NCBI GenBank assembly: GCA_963711035.1
Contig: CAVQCN010000003.1
Span: forward strand, 398,290 to 462,289
Reading direction: 5' to 3'
From: an uncultured Chloroflexia bacterium
GTDB taxonomy: Bacteria > Chloroflexota > Dehalococcoidia > DSTF01 > WHTK01
Length of the DNA: 64,000 bases
Both the position numbers and the translations under genes were made by a program. Shown here in pieces: positions 18,600 through 32,675 of the stretch. The notes under the pieces were generated by a model. It saw only the letters and a program-made list of their open reading frames with translations, was not told the DNA's origin and did not search any database. The stretch's first letter is position 1, and each line of letters begins with the position of its first letter.

Positions 18600-19352
18600 C
18601 TACTGGCTGACTGCTGCTTCGCGTTCCGGCGCCGGCAGGATGTCCACCTGCTGGCCGGCGTGGAAGATGGTGCGGCTGCCGTCCTGATCGAAGACGACGG
18701 CGCGTTTGTGGCCCATGACGTGCCAGCCGCCGTCGTCCCACACGAGGGCGGTGTCTTCGTCGACGCCGACGACCTTCTGGCCGGGCTGTACGAGACGGAG
18801 AGCGCGCTGCAGAAACTCGGGACGGCGCGCCTCCATGCGGTCGAAGTGGGGCAGGGCGCGCAGCGGCGCCGCCAAACCGAGACCGGTAGGCGGTTGCGTG
18901 CCCTCAATCTCCGGGTCGTGGGTGTGGACGTTGAGCACGCCGAGGCCGCCGCTGGAGCCGGCGACGATGGTGCCGGCGCGGTTCGCCGCTTCGAGGGCTC
19001 GCCAGGCCAGCGTGTCATGGAACGCCTCGGCCAAGTAGGTGGCGCGGCCGCCGGAGAACCAGACGAGGCCCGCCTCGGCGATGCGTTCGGAGTGCTCCGG
19101 CTGGTTGGCGTCGTGCTGATCGCGGATTCGTACGGGGGTTGCCTCGACGCCGTGGCGCTGGAAGTGAGCGGCGCCCATACGCTCCCAGCGGTCCATGACG
19201 TCTTCTCCCTCAGGCGCGCAGGCCGTGGCGATGAGCAGCACGCTGCGGCCGCCGAGCCGCTGGATCAGATGGCGGTCCACGATGTCCATGGTCGGCGTGT
19301 ACTCGCCGGAGCCGGCCAGGACCAGGGTCCCCAGGGTTTGCATTGCAGTCAT
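18600..19352 (-). CDS. Peptidase S51 / cyanophycinase-like (class I glutamine amidotransferase-like fold) protein
   Basis: Sequence ...LVLAGSGEY...VWFSGG...; the likely start is the internal Met (MTAMQTLG). Confidence 0.55.
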   Translation of the reverse strand: MTAMQTLGTLVLAGSGEYTPTMDIVDRHLIQRLGGRSVLLIATACAPEGEDVMDRWERMGAAHFQRHGVEATPVRIRDQHDANQPEHSERIAEAGLVWFSGGRATYLAEAFHDTLAWRALEAANRAGTIVAGSSGGLGVLNVHTHDPEIEGTQPPTGLGLAAPLRALPHFDRMEARRPEFLQRALRLVQPGQKVVGVDEDTALVWDDGGWHVMGHKRAVVFDQDGSRTIFHAGQQVDILPAPEREAAVSQ

Positions 19353-19522
19353 GGGTTCAGCGCCTCCCCGCGCCTGGCTAAGAATGTAGCGCTCGGCTGG
19401 CAGCGGCGGCAACGTTGTCTTGATCACGAGCGAAAAACGCGATGCGTTTCACTGTCTATGCAGCGCCGGCTCCTTTACTATCGTTTCATGCAGGCCGGGT
19501 TTCCCAACCGGGGGCAGCGCTC

Positions 19523-21490
19523 ATGAGAGACCTACCCGCTGACGGCGCCATTCCGCCGCGGGTTGTCATCGAGCACGTCCAGCCAGAGGTCGATGGCGGT
19601 CGATTCGCCGTGAAGCGCGTCGAGGGCGATCTCGTGCGCGTCGAGGCCGACATCTTCGCCGACGGCCACGACGAGCTGGACGCGCGTCTCTTCTATCGCA
19701 AGGCCGGCGAGCCGCATTGGCACGAAACGGCGATGACGCTGATTAACAACGACCACTGGTTCGGCGAGTTCACCGTCGAAGAGCTCGGCGAGTACGTCTA
19801 CCGCCTCACCGGCTGGGTGGACCACTTCGCCACCTGGCGCCGCGACTTCCGCAAGTGGTTGGAGGTGCGCCAGGACATCGAGTCGGAGCTGCTCGTGGCG
19901 GCGGGCCTCGTGCGGAATGCGGCGGCCAACGCCTCCGGGCAGGACGCGAGGCTGCTGGCGGAGCGCGCGGCCGCCCTGGCCGCCGCCACGGACGTCGATA
20001 CTCGCGCCGAGCTGGCGCTGGACGACTCGTTGGCCGATCTGATGGTGACCTACGGCGATCACGGCACGATTACCGAGTACGACCGCGGCCAGCGCATCTT
20101 CGTGGACCGCGAGCGGGCGCGCTTCGGCACCTGGTACGAGATGTTCCCGCGCTCGACGTCGCCGGATGAGAGCCGGCAGGGCACCTTCCGCGACTGTATC
20201 GCGCGCTTGCCGTACGTCAGCGACATGGGCTTCGACGTCGTCTACTTCCCGCCTATCCACCCTATCGGTGAGACGAACCGCAAAGGGCGCAACAACTCGC
20301 CGATCTCGCAGCCGGGCGAGCCGGGCAGCCCCTGGGGCATCGGCTCGGCGGCGGGCGGCCACAAGGCCATTGACCCGAAGCTCGGCACACTCGAGGACTT
20401 CCGGGCGCTCGTGGCGGCAGCGCAGGATCGCGGTATGGAGGTGGCGCTCGACATAGCCTTCCAGTGCTCGCCGGACCACCCGTACGTCAAAGAGCAGCCG
20501 CAGTGGTTCCGGCACCGGCCGGACGGCTCGTTGCGCTACGCCGAGAACCCCCCGAAGAAGTACGAGGACATCTACCCGATTAACTTCGAGACGGAGGACT
20601 GGCAGGCGCTCTGGCAAGAGTTGACCAGCGTGATCCTGTTCTGGGCGGAGCAGGGCGTGCAGATCTTCCGCGTCGATAACCCACACACGAAGTCGTTTGC
20701 CTTCTGGGAGTACGCGATCGCAGCCGTGAAAGCGCAGCACCCGGGCGCCATCTTCCTGGCCGAGGCGTTCACGCGACCGCGCATCATGTATCAGCTGGCC
20801 AAGCTGGGCTTTACGCAGTCGTACACGTACTTCACCTGGCGCAACGACCCCAGGGAGATGAACGAATATCTCACCGAGCTCACGACCACCGAGGTGAAGG
20901 AGTACTTCCGCCCCAACTTCTGGCCCAATACGCCAGACATCCTGCATGAGGTCCTGCAGACGGGCGGGCGCCCCACCTTCCTCATGCGCTACGTCCTCGC
21001 CGCGACTCTGACGGCGAACATCGGCATTTACGGGCCGGCGTACGAGCTCATTGTCAACGAGCCGCGGGAGCCGGGCAGCGAGGAGTATCTGCACTCGGAG
21101 AAGTACGAGGTCAAGCACTGGGACCTGGATGCACCAGATAGCCTGGCGACGTTCATCGGCCTCGTGAATCGCATCCGGCGCGACAATCCGGCGCTGCAGT
21201 GGAACGAAACGTTGCGCTTTCTCGACAACAGCAACGGCATGATCCTCGCTTACACCAAGACGAGCCGTGACGGCTCGAATGTCGTGCTCGCCGTCGTGAA
21301 CATGGACCTCTTCAACCGCCAGGAGGTCAGCTTCCGCCTGCCACTAGCGGAGCTTGGCCTGCCGACCGACAATCCGTACGAGGTCGAAGATCTGCTGCAC
21401 CAAACGCGGTTCACATGGTCCGGCGAGTGGCAGACCGTTTCTCTCGACCCGGCAGAGCTTCCGGCCCTGATCTTCAAGCTGAATCCGTAG
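19523..21490 (+). CDS. glgE: Alpha-1,4-glucan:maltose-1-phosphate maltosyltransferase
   Basis: ~655 aa GH13_3 protein with GlgE-specific N-terminus (...RVVIEHVQPEVDGGRFAVKRVEGD...). An alternative start is 19442. Confidence 0.85.
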   Translation: MRDLPADGAIPPRVVIEHVQPEVDGGRFAVKRVEGDLVRVEADIFADGHDELDARLFYRKAGEPHWHETAMTLINNDHWFGEFTVEELGEYVYRLTGWVDHFATWRRDFRKWLEVRQDIESELLVAAGLVRNAAANASGQDARLLAERAAALAAATDVDTRAELALDDSLADLMVTYGDHGTITEYDRGQRIFVDRERARFGTWYEMFPRSTSPDESRQGTFRDCIARLPYVSDMGFDVVYFPPIHPIGETNRKGRNNSPISQPGEPGSPWGIGSAAGGHKAIDPKLGTLEDFRALVAAAQDRGMEVALDIAFQCSPDHPYVKEQPQWFRHRPDGSLRYAENPPKKYEDIYPINFETEDWQALWQELTSVILFWAEQGVQIFRVDNPHTKSFAFWEYAIAAVKAQHPGAIFLAEAFTRPRIMYQLAKLGFTQSYTYFTWRNDPREMNEYLTELTTTEVKEYFRPNFWPNTPDILHEVLQTGGRPTFLMRYVLAATLTANIGIYGPAYELIVNEPREPGSEEYLHSEKYEVKHWDLDAPDSLATFIGLVNRIRRDNPALQWNETLRFLDNSNGMILAYTKTSRDGSNVVLAVVNMDLFNRQEVSFRLPLAELGLPTDNPYEVEDLLHQTRFTWSGEWQTVSLDPAELPALIFKLNP

Positions 21491-21496
21491 GAATCG

Positions 21497-24846
<3,350 letters not shown>

Positions 24847-24847
<1 letters not shown>

Positions 24848-25056
24848 TGTTCGAATACCCGGACTGGCAACAGTCGGCGCGGCTCAGCCTGGAAGAGATC
24901 AGGGCGGATGCGAAGGTAGCTGAGGTCGTCGAGGTGCTGCGGCGGACGCGCGGCCGCGAGCGCAGAGAGAAGACGCAGCGGCGGACGGCCCGCCCGTCAG
25001 GTCAGCAGATTCCTCACAACCCGTTTATCGAGAAGAGGTCGCCGGGCGGTCACTGA
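24847..25056 (+). CDS. Hypothetical small protein (69 aa), start overlaps the treS-mak stop (ATGA)
   Basis: Arrangement suggests translational coupling; no recognisable family. Confidence 0.25.
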
Positions 25057-25110
25057 CCAGGGGCGCCGTTATCTGAGCTTCTGCGGGGTTATGCCTGGGC
25101 TGCCAATCCC

Positions 25111-25952
25111 TCAGGTACCGGCCTCGAACACCCGGCCCAGCGTCACGATCAGCACACCCAATAAGGCGATGGCCAGGAACTCCATCACGACCGGCGCACG
25201 CAGATCGTCGTTGAGGTGGTGCTGCACCAGGCCGCTGACCATGTAGAAGACGAGCAGCAGGAAGACGCCTGCCAGGTAGCTCTCCACCGGCAGGAAGTAC
25301 AGCACCCAGCGCGCCTCGGCCACGATCAGGCCGACGATGCCCGCGAACACCAGGGCGCGGAACGGGTCGGCTTCCGCCTCGCGCAGGATCTCGACGGACA
25401 GCAGCATGCTGACGAGTCCCACGGTGAGCGCCGCAGGCACGAGCGAGATGTCGAAGGCGTAGACGACGGCGTAAAAGCCGAAGGCAGTGAGGTAGGTTCC
25501 GATGTTCAGCACGAACCGCGCCGTGGGGTAGAAGGGCGTCAGCGGGTCGATCGACGCCTGCTCCGAGAACAGCACCGCCGACATGAGAGCTGAGACCACC
25601 ACGACGCCTGGGATGACGACGTAACCGCTGAGCGCGTCTTCCAGGAAGAGTCCGGCAGAGAGGGTCAGCAGCGTCGGCAAGAAGAGGAGGGGCGCCGTCC
25701 AGGCGACGTCCTCTTCGCGGCCGCCGGCCTGCTCGCGCAGGACGCCATCGGAGCCGACGGCCATGATCGCGGTGACGACGAGCAGTATCCAGGGCTGCGT
25801 CGGCTCGATCGCCAGGAACAGCGTCTGACCAACGGCGAAGGCAGCGACCAGGAGCAGTACGCGGGAGGAGCGGAAGGGCGCCGGAAGGTCTTCCTCCGGC
25901 TGATAGCGTCAGCGGTTGACTCGAGCTCGTCCGCCTCCAGCGTTTCTTCCAT
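25111..25952 (-). CDS. Hypothetical membrane protein with apparent frameshift near 25860-25880
   Basis: Frame A gives MEETLEADELESTADAISRRKTFRR... (cytoplasmic, basic). An adjacent frame continues ...RVLLLVAAFAVGQTLFLAIEPTQPWILLVVTAIMAVGSDG... into the 217-aa TM-rich ORF. Confidence 0.5.
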
Positions 25953-26094
25953 ATCGTCTTCGGTTGGTTGCAATGTGGATTGATGCCCGGTGGTGTCGGG
26001 TTCTCGCGGCGCCTGAGAGTTCAGACCGGGGCGATTGTACGGCCGGACATGGCTTGGAGCAAGGTGAACCGTATACGGGCCCAATACGGAAGCA

Positions 26095-27045
26095 CTATTC
26101 CTCGGCCCAGACCGGCTCCTCCAACTCGAAAAGCTGGGCCGCGTTGCGGTACCAGATCAGGTCCTTCTCTTCCTCCGAGAGGCCGAGCTTGTCGAAGATG
26201 GCGGTGAAGCGCTCGACGTGCTCGTGGATCTCGTCTGCCGGGCAGTCGGAGCCGAAGATCAGCTTCTCGATCGCGATCTCGCCGCCGATCAGGCCTCGCT
26301 CTACCGCGTGGCGCTCGATGGTGCGGCCGCCGGACATGTCGAAGTACACCCAGCGGCGCCAGCGTGCCACCGAAGCCGCCTCGTCGTAGTTGCCGGTGCC
26401 TCCCAAATGCGCGCCGATGATCTTCAGCTTCGGGAAGTAGTTCGACAGCGTCTCGAGCTGGAAGGGGCGCATGTTCATGGCGGACGTCTCGCGTGGCCCG
26501 CGACGTGGCGGCTGAGCTCCCGGCTGACCCTCAGCAGCGGCGGTTTCCTGGGCGTCCTGTTCGCGCAGGCGCTTGGCGGTCGAGGCGTCGCGGCGCGGGT
26601 GGCGGTTGAGCCAGTCGACGCCGCCGCCGATCACGCCGCAGTGGAAGACGATCGGCATCGAGAGCTCCTCAGCAGCGCGGTAGACAGGCGAGTAATCCTT
26701 GGTGTCATACGGCCGGCGCACGCCGATCATCTTGAGACCGCGGTAGCCCATGTCGTGCAGCGCGTGGATGCGCTGGTAGGTCGTCACCTCCGGGTCGACG
26801 ACAGCGTGTGGCACGAAGAGGTCGGGGTGCTTCTGGGCCATCTCAATGCAGCTCTCGTGGGTCAGAGGCATCTGCTGATTGGCCATGGGGCCGGTCGTCG
26901 TGGGGCAGAGGAGGCTGGCCTTGACGGCGCCGCTCTCGCGCAGGCGTTCGGCCAGGTGATCGAGCAGTTGCTGCGGGTCCTGCGGCTCCTTTTCGGGGTC
27001 GCGAGGCCGGGGAAAGTGCACGTGAATGTCCCAGATTCTCGGCAT
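26095..27045 (-). CDS. Amidohydrolase-2 family (TIM-barrel metal-dependent hydrolase) protein
   Basis: Starts at MPRIWDIHVHFP... (HxH metal site); ...IFGSDCP. Contains a low-complexity insertion (QETAAAEGQPGAQPPRRGPRE). The track N-extension is rejected. Confidence 0.7.
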   Translation of the reverse strand: MPRIWDIHVHFPRPRDPEKEPQDPQQLLDHLAERLRESGAVKASLLCPTTTGPMANQQMPLTHESCIEMAQKHPDLFVPHAVVDPEVTTYQRIHALHDMGYRGLKMIGVRRPYDTKDYSPVYRAAEELSMPIVFHCGVIGGGVDWLNRHPRRDASTAKRLREQDAQETAAAEGQPGAQPPRRGPRETSAMNMRPFQLETLSNYFPKLKIIGAHLGGTGNYDEAASVARWRRWVYFDMSGGRTIERHAVERGLIGGEIAIEKLIFGSDCPADEIHEHVERFTAIFDKLGLSEEEKDLIWYRNAAQLFELEEPVWAEE

Positions 27046-27176
27046 CGAAGAGCCTTTCTGTCTGCGAATCTCGCCGAACGTCTGCAGAAAGCTTAAAGGA
27101 AGTCGAGATTTTACAGGGGAGTTCGGGCCGTAAAGAGCTAGACTTCGGCCGCTCCTGGATCGAATATCTAGTTGCC

Positions 27177-27665
27177 TTGGAAGATAACGAAGCACCCGTT
27201 GACCTGACATTTGCCGGCGCGATCCGCATGAAGATCGAGCGCTGGCTGCAGCAAGAGGGCTGGACGGTGGAGCCGCGCGCCGGCCAGGGCTCCGTCTGGA
27301 CTCTGCTCGCCGTCGACCGCCTCAAACGGCGCCTGCTCATCGCCCAGCACAAGGGCCACGAGGATCGTGTGTTGCTGGAGGCGCGCGTCGTGCCCAGCGC
27401 CGACCAGGCTGCGCGCCTGACCGAGGCCTCGCCCGACCTCGCCGCCGAGCTCATGTGGGACATCCGCATGGAGCTGAACCGCATGGGCATCGACTTCCAG
27501 GGCGTCAGCCTGCCCTTCCAGCGCGCCGTCCTCACCGAGGCGATCTACTTCGAGGGCGCCTTCGACTCAGGTCTCGCCAAGGACACCTTCTTCCAGCGCA
27601 TCGAGCACGTGCGCCGCGGCATCGCCATGGTGCAGTTCCTGCTGCAGCGTCGCCTCATCGGCTAG
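27177..27665 (+). CDS. Hypothetical cytosolic protein (DUF2299/YbjN-like?)
   Basis: 162 aa; the start may be the internal MKIERW. Not a firm family match. Confidence 0.4.
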   Translation: MEDNEAPVDLTFAGAIRMKIERWLQQEGWTVEPRAGQGSVWTLLAVDRLKRRLLIAQHKGHEDRVLLEARVVPSADQAARLTEASPDLAAELMWDIRMELNRMGIDFQGVSLPFQRAVLTEAIYFEGAFDSGLAKDTFFQRIEHVRRGIAMVQFLLQRRLIG

Positions 27666-27721
27666 CGATCAGCTTCTCTGAAGTGAGCCTGCGGGATGAA
27701 TTCCACGGCATCGATCTGTCG

Positions 27722-28039
27722 TTACGGCTCTGGTGTCACCGTGAGCAACGGCGTCCCTGTCGGGATGGCCGCAACGCCTTGTCCTGGTGATGGGGTGGAT
27801 GCGGGCGGCAAAAGCTCATTGTTCACAACAGTTGGGTTGGAGAGCTCGGGCGTCCCCGTCGGGACGGGCGTGATGCCGGCGGTCTGTTGCGCCTCGACCG
27901 TCGCCGTCTGGTCTTCGGGGGCGACATAGCCGATCTGGCGGGTGGCGAAGTAGAGGACGCAGGTAATGACGACGATAATGGCGATGCCGGCGAAGATCGC
28001 GAGGATCACCGTCCGGCCCTTCGTGCCCTGTTCGTTCAC
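27722..28039 (-). CDS. Small membrane-anchored Pro/Thr-rich protein
   Basis: 105 aa: N-terminal TM helix, then a PT-rich tail. Start overlaps the mfd stop. Confidence 0.4.
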   Translation of the reverse strand: MNEQGTKGRTVILAIFAGIAIIVVITCVLYFATRQIGYVAPEDQTATVEAQQTAGITPVPTGTPELSNPTVVNNELLPPASTPSPGQGVAAIPTGTPLLTVTPEP

Positions 28040-31000
28040 GTGCTGGCCGCCGCTTCCAGGGCGCTGTTGATCGCGTCGACGGCGCGCACGAGGCCTTCGC
28101 GCCAGCCCTCGCCGAGCGCGTCGCGGTCCAGCCGCACCTGGTGTTGCGTAATCTGAGAGCCGGGTGGCACCTTGCCGCTGACGGCGCGGCGGTCGAGGCT
28201 GAGGCCCGGCAGCATGCGGATGACGAGCTGATCGTTCTCGGTCTGGATCGCGCCGATGCCCGCCATGCTTGCCATTAGCCTCAAGCGTACAACCCAGACC
28301 AGGTTACGAGCAGCAGGCGGCAGCTCGCCGAAGCGGTCGCGCAGCTCCTGCTCGATGGCGGCGACCTCGGCGTCGTCGGCCGCTTGTGCCAGCCGTTGGT
28401 AGACGGCGAGACGCAGGTTGAGGTCGGGAATGTAGCCCTCCGGCAAATATGCCGTGATCGGCAGATCGAGGTTCACGGCCGGTTTGGACGATGCCGGCGG
28501 CGGAGGCGTCTCGCCGCGCTTCAGTGCCTTGAGCCGCTCGACGGCCTCGGAGAGTAACTTCACATAAAGATCAAAACCGATCGCCGCCATATGGCCGCTC
28601 TGCTCCGCGCCCAGCAGGTTGCCGGCGCCGCGAATCTCCAGGTCACGCATAGCGATCTGGAAGCCGGCGCCGAGCTCCGTTGCCTCGAAGATGGCCTGCA
28701 GGCGGCGCTGTGCCGTCTCCGACAGGGCGCGGCCGCGGTCGTAGAGCAGGTAAGCGTAGGCGCGCACGGCGCCCCGGCCGACCCGGCCGCGAAGCTGGTA
28801 GAGCTGCGCCAGGCCGAGGCGGTCCGCCTGGTTGATGATGATCGTGTTGGCGTTAGGGATGTCGAGGCCGGACTCGATGATCGTCGTGCAGACCAGCACG
28901 TCGATCTCGCCGTTGGCGAAGTCGAGCATCGTGCGCTCGAGCTGGTCCTCGTGCATCTGACCGTGGCCGATGCCGACGTTCGCCTCAGGCACGAGCTGGC
29001 GGATGTGCGCCGCGATCATCTCGATGTTGTAGACGCGGTTGTGGACGAAGAAGACCTGGCCGCCGCGCTCCAGCTCGCGCACGATGGCCTCGCGGATGAT
29101 GTGGTCGTCCGACTCCAAGACGTAAGTGCGGATCGGGATGCGGTCCTCCGGCGGCGTCACCATGTTCGAGAGGTCGCGGATGCCGGCTAGCGACATGTGC
29201 AGCGTGCGCGGGATCGGCGTGGCCGAGAGCGTGAGCACGTCCACCTCCTGGCGCATCTGCTTGAGGCGCTCCTTGTGCGCGACTCCGAAGCGCTGCTCCT
29301 CGTCGATGATCACGAGGCCGAGCTTGTTGAACTGCACGTCCTTCTGCAGGATGCGATGCGTGCCGATCAGGATGTCGACGCTGCCGTCGGCGACCGCCTC
29401 GATCACCTGGCGCTGCTCGTGGTCGGTGAGGAAGCGCGAAAGCATGGCGACGCGCGCGGGCAGGCTGGCGAGACGGTTCTTGAAGGTGTTGTAGTGCTGT
29501 TGGGCCAGGACTGTCGTCGGCACCAGCATCGCAACCTGGTAGCCGTCCATGACTGCCTTGAAGGCGGCGCGCACCGCCACCTCCGTCTTGCCGTAGCCGA
29601 CGTCGCCGCAGATCAGACGGTCCATCGGCTGCGAGCGCTCCATGTCTTCTTTGACGGAGCGGATCGCGGCCATCTGGTCCGGCGTCTCGACGTAGCCGAA
29701 GGACGCCTCCATCTCCTGCTGCCAGGGCGTGTCCGGGGAGTAGGCGTGGCCCGGCAGCACCTGGCGCGCCGCGTAGAGATCGAGCAGATCGTGGGCCACG
29801 TCGGCAACTGCGCGGCGCACGCGTTCGCGGGTGCGGGCCCAGTCGCCGCTGCCGAGGCGGGTGAGCGACGGGCGCGCGTCGCCGGGGCCGACGTAGCGAG
29901 CCACGCGGTCTGACTGATCGACGGGAACGTAGAGGCGGTCGCCTTCCGCGTAGGAGAGTTCCAGGAACTCGCGCTCGACGCCCTCGACGTTGCGCACGAT
30001 GAGGCCGGTGAATCGGGCGATGCCGTGCTCGAGATGCACGACGTAGTCGCCGGGCGAGAGCTCGGCGACGAGGCCGGTGCGGTCCGGCCCCGGCTGGCGC
30101 AGGGCGCGCCTCTGCTTGACGAAGCCGAAAATCTCGGCGTCCGAGAGCAGCGTGAGGTGCGTGTCGCCGCGCAGCAGCCAGCCGTGCGGTAGCGAGCCAC
30201 GCAGGATCTGCGCCACGCGCGGCTGCGGCTCCTCCGCCGCGTCCTCGACGCGCTTGATGCTCACGCCATCGTCTGCGAGAAGCGTTGCGAGGCGGGATGC
30301 CTGCTGTGAGACGATGACGATGGCCTCGCCGTGACGCGCCGCCTCGTTGAGCTCGCTGCTCAGCACGCGCACGCGGCCGCCGAAGGCCGGCGCCGGACCG
30401 AAGGCGGGACGGATGCCGCCGGACTCCTCGGTGAGGAAACGCAGCAGCTGCACGACTTTCACGGAATCGAGAGCGGGCTGCAGGTCGCTCCAGTTCGCTT
30501 GCGCCGGCGGCAGGCCGGGCGGCAGCAGGCGGCGGCTCTCCCGCTCAATGCGCATCGTCGCGGTTTCGGCGACGTACTCGTCCAGGGCGCGGTTGAGGTC
30601 GACCGGCTCGTCGAGGATGACGGTGGCGTCGGCCGGCAGGTGGTCGAGCAGGCTGTAGGGCGAGAGTAGCGACGGAACGAAGGATGGGCCGTCCGGCTGC
30701 CGGCCCTGCGTCAGCGCTTCCAACTCCTCCTGCAGGCGGGATCCGGCCTCTTCTTCGCAGGCGTCGAAGTCGAGCTCCTGCAGCAGCTCCTGTGCCAGCT
30801 CGCTGTCGGGCGAGAACTCGAGCGCGCCGCCGAGATTCACACTCTCGAGGCGCTCCTGTGAGCGCTGCGTTGCGGGGTCGAAGGAGCGGATGCTCTCGAC
30901 CGTCGAGCCGAAGAATTCGATGCGCACCGGCAGATCCGCTTGCGGCGGGTAGACGTCGATGATGCCGCCGCGCCGCGCTGCCTGCCCCGGCGCCTCGACC

Positions 31001-31497
31001 AGAGGGACGACGTCGTAGCCGCCGTCTTGCAGCCGGCGCAGCAGTTCGTCCGGCGTCAGGCGCGCATCGACCGTGACGGCGGAGACGGCCTCTCGCGCTG
31101 CACGGCGGGACAGTGTGCGCTGCGCTACCGCCTCGACGGACGCAACGACGATGAGCGCTTCGCCGCGATGCAGCGCCGCAGACGTGTCGAGGCGGCTGCG
31201 GACGTCCCAGGGGTCGTCGGCAGCACGTTCGTAGGGCATGACGTCGCGCTCCGGGTAGAGGCGGACGTTGGCGCCGCGCTCAGGGCCGAGCCAGAATGTC
31301 AGCTCCTCGGCCAGATCGTGGGCGCGGCCAAAGCGCGGCACGACGACCAGCGCCGGCGCCGTCGCGTTGCGCACCAGCGCCGCGATCACGGCGGGCTTGG
31401 CGGCATCGCCGACCCCGACGCGCGCGGCAGCGCCCGGGCGCGGCTCGACCGGCCCCAGGGCGGCATCGACGGCTGGCAGTAGCTGCGAAAGGTCCAT
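28036..31497 (-). CDS. mfd: Transcription-repair coupling factor
   Basis: 1153 aa; UvrB-homology domain, DEAD/DEAH helicase motifs (GDVGYGKTEVA, DEEQRFG), TRG motif. Confidence 0.95.
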   Translation of the reverse strand: MDLSQLLPAVDAALGPVEPRPGAAARVGVGDAAKPAVIAALVRNATAPALVVVPRFGRAHDLAEELTFWLGPERGANVRLYPERDVMPYERAADDPWDVRSRLDTSAALHRGEALIVVASVEAVAQRTLSRRAAREAVSAVTVDARLTPDELLRRLQDGGYDVVPLVEAPGQAARRGGIIDVYPPQADLPVRIEFFGSTVESIRSFDPATQRSQERLESVNLGGALEFSPDSELAQELLQELDFDACEEEAGSRLQEELEALTQGRQPDGPSFVPSLLSPYSLLDHLPADATVILDEPVDLNRALDEYVAETATMRIERESRRLLPPGLPPAQANWSDLQPALDSVKVVQLLRFLTEESGGIRPAFGPAPAFGGRVRVLSSELNEAARHGEAIVIVSQQASRLATLLADDGVSIKRVEDAAEEPQPRVAQILRGSLPHGWLLRGDTHLTLLSDAEIFGFVKQRRALRQPGPDRTGLVAELSPGDYVVHLEHGIARFTGLIVRNVEGVEREFLELSYAEGDRLYVPVDQSDRVARYVGPGDARPSLTRLGSGDWARTRERVRRAVADVAHDLLDLYAARQVLPGHAYSPDTPWQQEMEASFGYVETPDQMAAIRSVKEDMERSQPMDRLICGDVGYGKTEVAVRAAFKAVMDGYQVAMLVPTTVLAQQHYNTFKNRLASLPARVAMLSRFLTDHEQRQVIEAVADGSVDILIGTHRILQKDVQFNKLGLVIIDEEQRFGVAHKERLKQMRQEVDVLTLSATPIPRTLHMSLAGIRDLSNMVTPPEDRIPIRTYVLESDDHIIREAIVRELERGGQVFFVHNRVYNIEMIAAHIRQLVPEANVGIGHGQMHEDQLERTMLDFANGEIDVLVCTTIIESGLDIPNANTIIINQADRLGLAQLYQLRGRVGRGAVRAYAYLLYDRGRALSETAQRRLQAIFEATELGAGFQIAMRDLEIRGAGNLLGAEQSGHMAAIGFDLYVKLLSEAVERLKALKRGETPPPPASSKPAVNLDLPITAYLPEGYIPDLNLRLAVYQRLAQAADDAEVAAIEQELRDRFGELPPAARNLVWVVRLRLMASMAGIGAIQTENDQLVIRMLPGLSLDRRAVSGKVPPGSQITQHQVRLDRDALGEGWREGLVRAVDAINSALEAAAST

Positions 31498-31576
31498 CGT
31501 TACACGGCAAAAGGGCCCTCACCCGCTGTGGGGGCCTCTGCATTCAGGGTACCAAGTTAGGCGTGTGGGGATAAGC

Positions 31577-31942
31577 CTAGCGCTTCTTCTCAGCTCTGGA
31601 CTCTGCTCGCGGCCGTTGTTGGAGGCGGTAACCGACGCCGTGTAGTGTCTCAATTGCGGTACGGGAGATACCTATCGCGGCGAATGCGTTACGCAGTCTC
31701 GAGACATAGTCGTGCAGAAGATGGGCGTCTTGGCAGTACTCAGGCCCCCAGATCTGGGCCAGCAGGGCATCGCTGCGAACGAAGACACCTGGACGTTCGG
31801 TCAAAGCGAGGAGCAGACCCCGCTCGAGGCGAGTCAATGTTTTGGTTCCCTTTGGCCCCTTGATGACGTAGCCGTCTTGCCCAAAATGCAGGTCTCCGAC
31901 GGCATGGCCGTCTCCGAGTTCACCATCCCTGCGCCAACGCAT
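31577..31942 (-). CDS. Stand-alone OmpR/PhoB-type winged-helix DNA-binding protein (no receiver domain)
   Basis: 121 aa; the Trans_reg_C pattern ...LTRLERGLLLALTERPGVFVRSDALLAQIWG...VGYRL. Confidence 0.6.
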   Translation of the reverse strand: MRWRRDGELGDGHAVGDLHFGQDGYVIKGPKGTKTLTRLERGLLLALTERPGVFVRSDALLAQIWGPEYCQDAHLLHDYVSRLRNAFAAIGISRTAIETLHGVGYRLQQRPRAESRAEKKR

Positions 31943-32078
31943 TCCTTTATGCCTCCGGGAGCGGATCTAATGTGGATTGGCTCTTCTTCGATTGTAAGGA
32001 AACAGTTGTTACGTCGCGAAGCCCTGAACGGCTCGGTTCAGTCGGGGAATCGGCTTGGCGTCAGGGGCCATTCGGCCT

Positions 32079-32675
32079 TCAGGTTGTCGTCGCGCGGTTG
32101 AAGACGTCCATGGCGCGCTCCCAGCCGACGCGAATGACCGCCTCGATGGCATCGCAAGCCCGTTCCACGGCATCGTGGAGCATCTGCTTCGAGACGGCGG
32201 GCGGGTCGCCGAGCACGTAGTCCATGACGATGTCTGGATCCCAGGTCGGAACGCCCTGGTGGTACGGCCGCCCGATGCCGACACGCACACGGCCGAAGTC
32301 GCTGCTGTTCGTGGCGGCGATGATCGACTTGAGGCCGTTGTGGCCGCCGGAACCGCCGTGCTGGCGGATGCGGATGCGCCCCTCCGGCAGGTCGAGTTCG
32401 TCGTAGATCACGAGCAGGTGATTCGCCTCCACACGCTCGCGTTTCAGCGCCGGACCGATTGCCCTCCCGCTCTGGTTCATCCAGGTGCGAGGCTTGATCA
32501 GCAGCACCTCGGCGCCCTCGATCGTCCCCTTGCCCTCGGCGGCGGTGCGGCTGCTCTTCATGGGGATCGAGTGGCGGCGTGCCAGCTCGTCCACGCACCA
32601 GAAGCCCGCGTTGTGGCGCTGGCCTGCATGCTCGGCGCCGGGATTGCCCAGCCCGGCAATGACGTAGTCGGTCAT
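32079..32675 (-). CDS. pth: Peptidyl-tRNA hydrolase
   Basis: 198 aa; GLGNPG...RHNAGF and HGGSGGHNGLKS signatures. Confidence 0.95.
   Translation of the reverse strand: MTDYVIAGLGNPGAEHAGQRHNAGFWCVDELARRHSIPMKSSRTAAEGKGTIEGAEVLLIKPRTWMNQSGRAIGPALKRERVEANHLLVIYDELDLPEGRIRIRQHGGSGGHNGLKSIIAATNSSDFGRVRVGIGRPYHQGVPTWDPDIVMDYVLGDPPAVSKQMLHDAVERACDAIEAVIRVGWERAMDVFNRATTT

Noticed and set aside
17492-19018. 508-aa version of the oxidoreductase gene
   Set aside because: The N-terminal ~150 aa is Pro/Ser/Ala/Thr low-complexity and overlaps the peptidase-S51 gene. The Rossmann fold begins at the internal Met.
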